The notes under the pieces are model-generated. The model was given only the letters and a program-made list of their open reading frames with translations. It made no database searches and was not told the DNA's origin. 32,000 bases of DNA from Acidothermus cellulolyticus 11B. GTDB lineage: Bacteria; Actinomycetota; Actinomycetes; Acidothermales; Acidothermaceae. This document shows, in pieces, positions 17,679 through 25,076 of this stretch (its first letter is position 1; each line of letters opens with the position of its first letter). The stretch spans positions 1,500,001 to 1,532,000 of the forward strand of contig NC_008578.1 of assembly GCF_000015025.1 (NCBI RefSeq), read 5' to 3'. A program made the translations under genes and the position numbers.

Positions 17679-17758
17679 CACATGCATGGCGACACGTTGG
17701 CGATCCGCTCTGCGGTCAATACCGTCGGGTCACCCGCTGTGAGTGACGGCGGCGGCTC

Positions 17759-18754
17759 ATGACGCTACGACTGGAAGACAAGTGGGTATGGGATTTCTGG
17801 TTTGCCGTCGACGGTGATGAATATCACGTCTTCTATCTTCAGGCGCCACGTTCTCTCGGCTCGCCGAATTTGCGTCATCGGCATGCATCCATCGGTCATG
17901 CGGTGTCGACGGATCTTCGGACGTGGTCAGTTCTACCTGACGCGGTGCTGCCCGGCACTCCCGGCAGCTGGGACGACCTGGCCGTATGGACGGGAAGCGT
18001 CATTCGACGTGGTGACACCTGGTACATGTTCTACACCGGCATCAGCAGTCGTGACCAGGGTCGCGTGCAGCGGATTGGGCTCGCCGTTTCGCAAGACTTG
18101 ATAGCGTGGCGGAAGCATCCAGCAAATCCGGTGCTTGAGGCTGACCCGAGATGGTACGAGCTTCTTGACTTATCCCGCTGGCGGGACCAGTCCTGGCGTG
18201 ATCCGTGGGTCTTCTACGTGCGGGAGGACGACAGCTTCCACCTGCTGGTTACCGCGCGGGTTCCCTACGGTCCGCCCGACGAGGCCGGGGTGGTCGGCCA
18301 CGCACAGTCCGCCGATTTGGTGAACTGGACGGTACTCCCACCGCTCACTCAGCCCGGTGAATTCGCCCAGGCGGAAGTGCCGCAGCTGGTGTATTACCAC
18401 GATACGTACGCGCTGCTCGTCTCCTGTCTCGCGGAAGATCACTCTCGCAAACGCCGCGCTGAAATGCGAGAGGTCGCCCAGACCGGTACATTCGTCGCGT
18501 ACGCCAGCGATTTTCGTGGACCGTACACGTGCTTCGAGGGACCGCTCGTTCCGGCTAACAATCCGCTCGGCCCCTTGTATGCGGGAAAACTTTTACACGC
18601 AGGAGATCAGTGGTGGTATTTTGCGTTTCGCGGTGATGACAGCCGGGAGTTTCACGGCGAGCTCATTGATCCGCTGCGTGTCGGCCAGACGGCGTCGTCG
18701 CGAATAGCGGTCGAACGTCCGCGGGGTTGGGTGCACCACGACGGACAGGATTGA
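17759..18754 (+). CDS. Cytoplasmic GH32-like (clan GH-J) glycoside hydrolase, catalytic beta-propeller only
   Basis: Motif series: VWDFWF (nucleophile region), HVFYLQAP...IGHAVSTDLRTW, WTGSV, MFYTG, RIGLAVSQDLIAWRKHPANPVL, WRDPWVF (RDP), EVPQL (acid/base region). No signal peptide. At 331 aa there is no room for the usual C-terminal beta-sandwich. Confidence 0.75.
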   Translation: MTLRLEDKWVWDFWFAVDGDEYHVFYLQAPRSLGSPNLRHRHASIGHAVSTDLRTWSVLPDAVLPGTPGSWDDLAVWTGSVIRRGDTWYMFYTGISSRDQGRVQRIGLAVSQDLIAWRKHPANPVLEADPRWYELLDLSRWRDQSWRDPWVFYVREDDSFHLLVTARVPYGPPDEAGVVGHAQSADLVNWTVLPPLTQPGEFAQAEVPQLVYYHDTYALLVSCLAEDHSRKRRAEMREVAQTGTFVAYASDFRGPYTCFEGPLVPANNPLGPLYAGKLLHAGDQWWYFAFRGDDSREFHGELIDPLRVGQTASSRIAVERPRGWVHHDGQD

Positions 18755-18866
18755 GGTCGGCACGGAGCCGCACTCTGCGCCAAGCGCGACGCCGTCCATC
18801 AATCGCCGCAAATGCTCCTCACGGAGGCTCTACCCAGCACCCCCGGAACGCCATTGCCGCCGCGGG

Positions 18867-19439
18867 CTAGTAGTCCTCCGGGGTGAGCACCTGTAACAAT
18901 TCGGCGACCACGTGAATGTCTGCGCCGCTGCGGAAGACGATCGGCGGGAACTCCGGATTGATCGGCTCCAGCCGGATCACGGTGTGCCGCCAGGAGCCGT
19001 CCCAGGTGCGGGCTTTTTCGCTCCGGTACCGCTTGACGGTGTACGAGCCGCCGGTCTCCGGATCGGTGAAGTCGCGGCACTGCACCAGCACGATCTTGTT
19101 GTTTCGGCTGCCTGGTTGGGCGCGGCGGAAGAGGCACCATGCACCGTCTGGAATGAGCGGCTCCATGGAGCGGCCGACGACCCGCGCGATGAACATGAAC
19201 GGATCGACGGCCCGGTAACGCGGTGCCTTTGCCCAGCCCAGCGGTTCCGGGATCTGGGTTCCGCTGAACCCGCCCGCTGCTGCGGCGAGATCGTAAATGG
19301 GGACGTACGGGCGAAACCGTTGACCCGGTGGAGGTGCCGGCAGGACTTTCAACTCCGGCGTCGGTGCGAAGGGCTCTGTGCGCGGTGCCGCCGGAACCAC
19401 CGGCTGGACGACGGACGGCGGCCCTTCGGTAGTCGGCAC
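18867..19439 (-). CDS. S24 (LexA/UmuD-like) peptidase-domain protein with a Pro-rich N-terminus and no DNA-binding domain
   Basis: VGRSMEPLIPDGAWCLF...KIVLV...YTVKRY gives the Ser/Lys dyad motifs. IYDLAAAAGGFSG resembles the Ala-Gly self-cleavage region. GTG 19439 is the first canonical start, but the frame stays open 83 codons further upstream with no ATG/GTG/TTG. Confidence 0.65.
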   Translation of the reverse strand: MPTTEGPPSVVQPVVPAAPRTEPFAPTPELKVLPAPPPGQRFRPYVPIYDLAAAAGGFSGTQIPEPLGWAKAPRYRAVDPFMFIARVVGRSMEPLIPDGAWCLFRRAQPGSRNNKIVLVQCRDFTDPETGGSYTVKRYRSEKARTWDGSWRHTVIRLEPINPEFPPIVFRSGADIHVVAELLQVLTPEDY

Positions 19440-19554
19440 GGGCGGACGCTGGTCAGCGGCCGGTGGCCCTTCGGTAGTCGGCGCGGGCGGACGATGGCCG
19501 GGGGCTGGTGGCCCTTCGGCGGGCGCGTACCCGGCCGGGCGGTGTCCGAGGGAC
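19420..19554. repeat. About three 45-bp tandem repeats spanning the predicted S24 gene start
   Basis: GGCCCTTCGGTAGTCGGC at 19420 and 19465, with a degenerate GGCCCTTCGGC at 19510, giving a period of exactly 45 bp. On the minus strand, in the S24 frame, each unit encodes PP(A/V)PTTEGPP. Confidence 0.8.
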
Positions 19555-19938
19555 GCGCCCGGGTGCTGGCCAGCAGGCGCAGTCCCGGCCAGCGGGCTCG
19601 GCAGCTGGTCGAGCAGGGCAAGCCAGGGCGGGGCGGGCGGAAGGGCCAGGGCTGAGCGGGATAGTTGGAGCGGGGTAGCCCGAGTGGGTTAACCGGCCAG
19701 CGCAGGCCGGCCCGGACCCCGGACGCTCGGAGGAGCACCTCCGAGACCGTTGTGTCGGATGGAATACCGCCCGCGGCCTTCTCGTTACGATCAATTGAGC
19801 TAAACGATCACACGGCGGTAGGGACTCGGTTACACGAACGTCGCGCGGCACGGAGCACACCCAAACCTCCCGCGCCGCGCGGAGTGCGGAGAACCGCGCG
19901 TCCGCCGCACGGTGGTGCCTTCGAGAAAGGAGGTCTCT

Positions 19939-20358
19939 ATGGATGGAGTCGTCCTCGCCGGACGAATTCTCTTCGCCATTCTCTTCGTCATGTCCGGTTT
20001 GAATCATCTCACCCGCTTGTCCATGATGTCGGGCTACGCAAAGAGCCGGGGGCTCCCCGCACCGAAACTCGCGGTCGCCGGTTCCGGAATTGTCATTCTC
20101 GCCGGCGGACTGATGGTTGCGCTGGGGATTTACGCAGACCTCGGTTCACTTCTCCTGGCCGCCTTCTTGGTATCGGCCGCGTTCCTCATGCACGCTTTCT
20201 GGCGCGAGAAGGACCCGCAGGCGCGTGCGATGGAGCAGGTGCAATTCTCCAAGGACGTCGCCCTCCTCGGCGCAAGCCTCGCCCTCTTCGCCTTTTTCTC
20301 TCACGCCGGGTCGAGTCTCGGCCTGACCATTACGGGTCCGCTGTTTCACATCAACTGA
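19939..20358 (+). CDS. DoxX-family membrane protein
   Basis: AAAGGAGG lies 7 nt before ATG 19939. About 139 aa with four hydrophobic helices (RILFAILFVMSGLNHL..., FLMHAFW), typical of DoxX. Confidence 0.8.
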   Translation: MDGVVLAGRILFAILFVMSGLNHLTRLSMMSGYAKSRGLPAPKLAVAGSGIVILAGGLMVALGIYADLGSLLLAAFLVSAAFLMHAFWREKDPQARAMEQVQFSKDVALLGASLALFAFFSHAGSSLGLTITGPLFHIN

Positions 20359-20392
20359 CGCCGGACCCCCGTCCAGGCCTCCAATCCTTCCG

Positions 20393-20426
20393 GTTCCGAG
20401 GCGCAGCACAGCCTGCGCCTCGGAAC
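20393..20426 (+). terminator. Stem-loop downstream of doxX (14-bp perfect stem)
   Basis: GTTCCGAGGCGCAG (20393-20406), loop CACAGC, CTGCGCCTCGGAAC (20413-20426). It lies 35 nt after the doxX stop and has no U-tract, which is common in high-GC actinobacteria. Confidence 0.55.
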
Positions 20427-20726
20427 AGTGCCCATGTCACCGATCCTTCCATCCGCCCGGTCAATTACAGACCCGCAGCGTTCGGCGTCGCCCGCGTCAA
20501 TTTCGCGAATTTCTCATGACGCCGACTCCACACGGGTGGCGACCGTCATGCGCAGTCCTCACCGAGGTGTGACGGCCGGTGACGTGCAGTCCCCCACAGG
20601 GACGCGCGGCGGCCAAGAATATACGCCGACGGATGCGCGACTGCCGATAATGCGCAATCTTCCACGGGACGCACAGCGACCGGCGATGCGCGGAGGCCAC
20701 AGACATGCGGCGATAGGCGATACGCC

Positions 20727-20756
20727 ACCGCCTGCCGACGCCGACTCGGCAGCGGT
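20727..20756 (-). terminator. Stem-loop immediately downstream of the TetR gene stop
   Basis: CTGCCGA (20732-20738), loop CGCCGAC, TCGGCAG (20746-20752). The stem is extendable with one bulge to ACCGC(C)TGCCGA/TCGGCAGCGGT. Confidence 0.4.
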
Positions 20757-20764
20757 GCCGGCAC

Positions 20765-21475
20765 CTATGTTCCCGCCGAAGCAGTGACGCCACCAAAGAG
20801 GTAGCGCTCAAACGTCGGCGCGACCAGAGCAGCGACGTCAGCAGGCGGTGCACTCGCCAACGGCTCAACCGCGACAATGAACCGGGCAAAAACAAGGCCG
20901 AGAAAATGCGACCCGACGAGGGTGATGCGCAGCGCCGCGTCCGGGGCATCGAGGAGCCGGGTAAGCGGCGCGACAACCTCGTTGCGCAGAAAATCGCGCA
21001 TCATCGGGGCAATCGCCGGATCACCGGCGGCCGCCCGCATGACACCGACCATGCGCTCGTATATCGTCGGCTCCGCCAATACTCTCGTCAACACCTCCCG
21101 AATGCGCTGACGGGCAGCCCGCCGCGGACCGGCCAGCACCTCACGCAGCACCTCGGCGGGATGCACCGGTAATCCGACCGCGGCAAGAAACAGACCCTGC
21201 TTCGATCCAAAATAGTGGGCGATCATTCGCTGATCGACACCGGCATCCGCGGCAATAGCACGCAACGATGCGCGGGTGTAGCCGTCAAGGGCGAACCGAT
21301 GCCGGGCAGCTTGCAGGATCAGCAGCTGGGTTCTGGGCAGCTTCGCACCGGCATCGATGACGCCTGGCGTGGCTCGCGGACCAGGAAGCGGCCCGCCTGC
21401 CGCTGCGGACTGCGCACGGTCCGGTGTTTTTCTGCCGCGAACCACAGTGCCCACCTCCTGTCGCTCTTCCATCAT
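20765..21475 (-). CDS. TetR/AcrR-family transcriptional regulator
   Basis: HTH region QLLILQAARHRFALDGYTRASLRAIAADAGVDQRMIAHYFGSKQGLF. Divergent from an ABC-2 exporter pair. The true start may lie downstream of ATG 21475, because there is a ~45-aa pre-HTH tail. Confidence 0.85.
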   Translation of the reverse strand: MMEERQEVGTVVRGRKTPDRAQSAAAGGPLPGPRATPGVIDAGAKLPRTQLLILQAARHRFALDGYTRASLRAIAADAGVDQRMIAHYFGSKQGLFLAAVGLPVHPAEVLREVLAGPRRAARQRIREVLTRVLAEPTIYERMVGVMRAAAGDPAIAPMMRDFLRNEVVAPLTRLLDAPDAALRITLVGSHFLGLVFARFIVAVEPLASAPPADVAALVAPTFERYLFGGVTASAGT

Positions 21476-21497
21476 CGATGGTTTGGCCCTGCCACTC

Positions 21498-21603
21498 GGT
21501 CACATCCGGGACCGGCCGACCGCGCCACGGCCGGATCGCCACCAACACCGTGCCGCCAGGTCACACCCGGGACCGGCGAACCGCGACAGGCCGGATCGCG
21601 ACC
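21498..21603. repeat. Two ~45-nt direct repeats (61-bp period) in the tetR / ABC divergent region
   Basis: GGTCACATCCGGGACCGGCCGACCGCGCCACGGCCGGATCGCCACC (21498-21543) versus GGTCACACCCGGGACCGGCGAACCGCGACAGGCCGGATCGCGACC (21559-21603). Confidence 0.8.
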
Positions 21604-21928
21604 GCCGTCCCATGACCCGCGCATGTCCGGGGCCGCCCGGCCGAGCCACAGCCATTGTCACCCTCGGTATTGCACACCGTCCGCGGCGTACGACATCCCA
21701 TCGCAATCCCCCCGCCTGTGGTATCGGGGCGAGCTGACGCATCCGGTGCGCGACGACTCGATACGCCTGGTCAGTGCCGGTCCGAGGACACGGTAGGGGT
21801 TGTGACGTGACACGCCGGATGAACGCCGACGCGTGACCCGCCCACCATCGCGGTCCGACAGGCCGGAGCAACGCCGACGGGCGATTCGCGCCAGTATTAC
21901 GGCCCGACACGTCCGACGCTCTCGGCAC

Positions 21929-21957
21929 TTGACACGCCCACGACGCCGGGCAAAAAT
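21929..21957 (+). promoter_or_regulatory. Candidate promoter for the ABC-2 exporter operon (TTGACA-17 nt-AAAAAT), possibly giving a leaderless or short-leader mRNA
   Basis: TTGACA at 21929-21934, a 17-nt spacer, then AAAAAT at 21952-21957. The -10 overlaps ATG 21956. GTG 21965 lies about 7 nt downstream of the -10 and is in frame. Confidence 0.25.
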
Positions 21958-22720
21958 GAACACCGTGACAAATTCAGCAGCCGATGAATTTAAGGACTCG
22001 GCCGGCCCGTCCGCCGACGCCATCGAGATCGACGAGCTGACGGTCCGGTTCGGCAGTCGAGATATTCTGCGCAGCATCACCGCGCGGGTGGCTTTCGGCC
22101 GGATCACCGGTTTGCTCGGGCCAAGCGGGGCCGGTAAGACCACGCTCATGCGGGTCATTGTCGGCGTCCAGCGGTTCACCGCCGGAGGGGTGCGGGTGTT
22201 GGGACGCCCGGCCGGCGCCCCGGAGCTGCGGCATGCCGTTGGTTATGTGACGCAGGCGCCCTCGGTGTATGCCGACCTCACCGTTACAGAGAACCTGCGG
22301 TATTTCGCTCGACTCGTCGACGTCGACCAAACCCGCATTGATGACATCCTGACGCTCGTCGACCTCCGGACACAAGCCCACCAGCTCGCCGGCACTCTCT
22401 CCGGCGGTCAACTCTCCCGGGCCTCGCTGGCAATCGCCCTTCTTGGCAGGCCGAAACTCCTCGTCCTTGACGAACCGACGGTCGGGCTCGACCCACTGCT
22501 GCGCCGCAGCCTCTGGCGTACCTTTCACGACCTGGCCGCCGACGGCGTCACCCTGCTCGTATCGACCCACGTCATGGACGAGGCGGACCGTTGCGACGAC
22601 CTCATGTTGTTGCGCGACGGTCAGGTACTCGCCGCCGGAACCGGCGTGGAGCTTCGCGAACGTGCCCATGCCGCCACCATCGAAGACGCGTTTCTCACCC
22701 TCGCTGGAGCAACCCCATGA
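21956..22720 (+). CDS. ABC transporter ATP-binding protein (ABC-2/drug-exporter type)
   Basis: Walker A GPSGAGKTT, signature LSGGQ, Walker B LLVLDEPT, H-loop STHVM. The start is ATG 21956, or GTG 21965 if the mRNA is leaderless. Confidence 0.9.
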   Translation: MNTVTNSAADEFKDSAGPSADAIEIDELTVRFGSRDILRSITARVAFGRITGLLGPSGAGKTTLMRVIVGVQRFTAGGVRVLGRPAGAPELRHAVGYVTQAPSVYADLTVTENLRYFARLVDVDQTRIDDILTLVDLRTQAHQLAGTLSGGQLSRASLAIALLGRPKLLVLDEPTVGLDPLLRRSLWRTFHDLAADGVTLLVSTHVMDEADRCDDLMLLRDGQVLAAGTGVELRERAHAATIEDAFLTLAGATP

Positions 22721-23586
22721 CGAATCGCCCGATCCGCCGACGACAGACGTCAACCACCGGAACACGTACGGCGGCGAAAGCGGAAGCCGGGCACAACCGA
22801 AGCCTTGCCGGCGTCGGCGGTCGGTTCCGCACCGCCTGGCGCAGCGAACGTCCACACGCGGCGGCGGCAATGGCCACGGCGATTCGGGTGGTCAACCAGC
22901 TGCGGCGCGACCACCGGACACTTGCCCTGATACTCGTCATGCCACCAGGAATCCTCGCCCTGTTCCGGTACGTCTACGACGCACATCCAGCTATTTTTGC
23001 TCGCATCGGCGCGCCGCTGCTCGGGATTTTCCCACTCGTCATCATGTTCGTCGTCACGTCCATCGCGATGCTCCGCGAGCGCCGGACCGGAACCCTCGAA
23101 CGGCTCATGACACTTCCCATCGCGAAAATCGACATTCTTGCCGGGTACGCACTTGCATTCGGTGCCGTTGCGGTCGTGCAAACCGTCGTTGCCGTGGCAA
23201 TCGGCGTCGGACTTCTCGACGTACACACCCACGGTCACACGACGGCACTTGCCGCCTTGGCGATTCTCGCCGCACTCTTCGGCATGGCGTTCGGACTTTT
23301 CGTCAGCGCCTTCGCGCGCACGGAGTTCCAGGCGGTCCAATTCATGCCCGCGCTGCTCTTTCCGCAACTCATTCTCGGCGGACTCTTTGCGCCGCGGGAC
23401 GAGTTTCCCCGCGTCCTGGAAATAGTCTCCGACATCCTCCCCTTGAGCTACGTGTACGACGCCGTGGTGCGCGCTCTGGCAGGCGATTCGAGCGGCCTTT
23501 TCTGGCGGGACGTCGGAATAATCGCCGGCGCCACTGTGGTCGCGCTCCTGCTGGGCGCGGCGACGCTGCGTCGTCGTACCCGTTAG
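22717..23586 (+). CDS. ABC-2 type transporter permease
   Basis: ATGA overlap with the ATPase stop. Six hydrophobic segments, and RERRTGTLERLMTLP is typical of the ABC-2 membrane family. There is a basic ~50-aa N-terminal tail. Confidence 0.85.
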   Translation: MTNRPIRRRQTSTTGTRTAAKAEAGHNRSLAGVGGRFRTAWRSERPHAAAAMATAIRVVNQLRRDHRTLALILVMPPGILALFRYVYDAHPAIFARIGAPLLGIFPLVIMFVVTSIAMLRERRTGTLERLMTLPIAKIDILAGYALAFGAVAVVQTVVAVAIGVGLLDVHTHGHTTALAALAILAALFGMAFGLFVSAFARTEFQAVQFMPALLFPQLILGGLFAPRDEFPRVLEIVSDILPLSYVYDAVVRALAGDSSGLFWRDVGIIAGATVVALLLGAATLRRRTR

Positions 23587-23648
23587 CCAGCCCAGCCCCG
23601 GGAGCCAGGCGGCAAGGTGCGCCGGAGGACGGCCGGCGGGGAGTGCCG

Positions 23649-23720
23649 TGGGCGTACATGGATTCGAACCATGGACCTCTGCCGTGTGAAGGCAGCGCTC
23701 TCCCGCTGAGCTATACGCCC
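23649..23720 (-). tRNA. tRNA-Val (anticodon CAC)
   Basis: The reverse complement folds as GGGCGTA-TA-GCTC-AGCGGGA-GAGC-G-CTGCC-TTCACAC-GGCAG-AGGTC-CATGG-TTCGAAT-CCATG-TACGCCC-A, a full cloverleaf. CCA is not encoded. Confidence 0.95.
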
Positions 23721-23786
23721 GTCGCGACCGGGCCGCGGCGAATGCCCCGGACACAATCTCCCGGCGAGGCGCTACTTTACACGCCC

Positions 23787-23861
23787 GCGCCGGTGGATGG
23801 GACACCCGTAGGCGCACCGGTGGACGTAACACCGATCGCCCGCACCGGTGGACGTAACACC
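23787..23861. repeat. Three 27-28-bp tandem units carrying CCGGTGGA / palindromic CACCGGTG, between tRNA-Val(CAC) and ssgB
   Basis: GCGCCGGTGGATGGGACACCC (about 23787). GCACCGGTGGACGTAACACC occurs identically at 23814-23833 and 23842-23861. Confidence 0.8.
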
Positions 23862-24043
23862 TGCAGGCGCGCCTCCACGACCCGAGCCGGGGCAAGAGCC
23901 GCCGTACTCGCCAGCGCACCGCAAGATCGGCCAGGCAATCCACGCGAAACTGAACCGACGATGCGCCAGTCGCGTGATAATCACCACAGGACAGGGAATG
24001 TCCGGAAGGTCGAACCCCGGCCACCGTCGAAAGGACGGCGATC

Positions 24044-24430
24044 ATGAACGCGTCCGTCCACATCATCGAGGTCACCGAGTTCCACCTGCTCCTCGACGGC
24101 GATAGCCGCGTCATAACCGCCCGACTCCATTACGACCCAGCCGACCCCTACGTGATCACCGTGCACTTTGACACCGGCGTAACGTGGGTGCTCGGGCGCG
24201 ATCTCTTGGCGGACGGCCTGCACATGGAGATCGGCGACGGTGACGTGCATCTTCGCCCGGAGGGTGACCAGCTTTTCCTCACCCTGCGTTCGCCGAGCGG
24301 CGAGGCGCTCCTTGCCGCTTCCCGATCAGCCATCGCGGGTTTCATGGCGGATACCGAGCGGGTCGTACCGCGAGGGACCGAGCACCTGCGCGTCGATCTC
24401 GACAAGGAGCTCGCCCGGCTCCTCCCGTAG
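24044..24430 (+). CDS. ssgB: SsgA-like protein (SALP), SsgB-type sporulation/cell-division protein
   Basis: The 128-aa product LHYDPADPYVITVHFDTG...WVLGRDLLADGL...GDGDVHLRP...LTLRSPSGEALL...FMADTERVVPRGTEH...DLDKEL matches the conserved SsgB pattern (RYD..DPYAV...F.RDLL..GL...G.GDV...SP.GEALL...VP.GTE). An adjacent tRNA cluster is, as I recall, also found next to Streptomyces ssgB. Confidence 0.85.
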   Translation: MNASVHIIEVTEFHLLLDGDSRVITARLHYDPADPYVITVHFDTGVTWVLGRDLLADGLHMEIGDGDVHLRPEGDQLFLTLRSPSGEALLAASRSAIAGFMADTERVVPRGTEHLRVDLDKELARLLP

Positions 24431-24436
24431 CGCCGT

Positions 24437-24626
24437 CCGGGACGCGGCCGGACGCGCTTCGTGGCCTCGCCCGGCTGCGGTCAGGACGCGACGGGACGCG
24501 ACCTGGCTGTTGTCGGGACGCGACGGGACGCGGCGCGCCGCACGTCGTGAGCGCGTCCGGCTTCGGACGGTCCGCACGTCGTGAGCCCATCCGGCTTCGG
24601 CCGGGACGCATGTCGTGACCTCGCCC
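24437..24626. repeat. GGGACGCG octamer array followed by ~2.5 copies of a 33-34-bp tandem repeat, between ssgB and tRNA-Gly
   Basis: (G)GGACGCG occurs at about 24439, 24450, 24484, 24493, 24515 and 24524. CCGCACGTCGTGAGCGCGTCCGGCTTCGGACGG (24538-24570) is repeated as TCCGCACGTCGTGAGCCCATCCGGCTTCGGCCGG (24571-24604), and a degenerate third unit runs to about 24626. Confidence 0.75.
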
Positions 24627-24761
24627 AGGTGCTGTCGTGGGGCGCGCCGGGAGCCCCGGCGCCACGGCGCGCGACGCGACCCGTAAGGATGGGCGGGCCG
24701 GTTTCCGTCTCGCCGCCGAATCGGTTAGAGTGCAGAACGCAACGGGGTGCAAGCCCCCAAC

Positions 24762-24834
24762 GCGGACGTGGCTCAGTTGGTAGAGCATCACCTTGCCAAG
24801 GTGAGGGTCGCGGGTTCGAGTCCCGTCGTCCGCT
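24762..24834 (+). tRNA. tRNA-Gly (anticodon GCC)
   Basis: GCGGACG-TG-GCTC-AGTTGGTA-GAGC-A-TCACC-TTGCCAA-GGTGA-GGGTC-GCGGG-TTCGAGT-CCCGT-CGTCCGC-T. Confidence 0.95.
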
Positions 24835-24882
24835 CGGAGGCGCCCGGACGGCGTCGCAGGGCCGGATGTGATCAGGCCCCCC

Positions 24883-24954
24883 GGCGGAGTGGCCGAGTGG
24901 CTTAGGCAAGGGCCTGCAAAGCCCTGTACGCGGGTTCGATTCCCGCCTCCGCCT
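24883..24954 (+). tRNA. tRNA-Cys (anticodon GCA)
   Basis: Acceptor GGCGGAG/CTCCGCC, anticodon stem-loop AGGGC-CTGCAAA-GCCCT, T-arm GCGGG-TTCGATT-CCCGC. Confidence 0.92.
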
Positions 24955-24999
24955 CACCTCTCGGCCGGCCCGATCCCACGGGAACCGAGCGGACGCGTC

Positions 25000-25074
25000 G
25001 GGCGCTTAGCTCAGTGGGAGAGCGCTACCTTGACACGGTAGAGGTCGGCAGTTCAATCCTGCCAGCGCCCACCA
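25000..25074 (+). tRNA. tRNA-Val (anticodon GAC), CCA encoded
   Basis: GGGCGCT-TA-GCTC-AGTGGGA-GAGC-G-CTACC-TTGACAC-GGTAG-AGGTC-GGCAG-TTCAATC-CTGCC-AGCGCCC-A-CCA. Confidence 0.95.
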
Positions 25075-25076
25075 TT

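Noticed and set aside
19440-19938. LexA/SOS box regulating the S24 gene, and ORFs 19349..19738(-) and 19453..20007(-)
   Set aside because: No TCGAAC-N4-GTTCGA-type actinobacterial SOS box is visible. The two ORFs are Arg/Pro-rich. One is antisense to the doxX 5' end, and neither encodes an HTH that could be joined to the S24 domain by a frameshift.
20428-20787. 119-aa plus-strand ORF between doxX and tetR
   Set aside because: It has no Shine-Dalgarno site and a product rich in Arg/Pro/Ala/Ser with no hydrophobic core. It overlaps the tetR 3' end and its terminator hairpin. The region is treated as non-coding.
22443-24114. ORFs 22443..24047(+) and 22750..24114(-), over 450 aa each
   Set aside because: They run out of frame or antisense through the ABC ATPase and permease genes and straight across the tRNA-Val(CAC) gene. 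Their composition is not protein-like.
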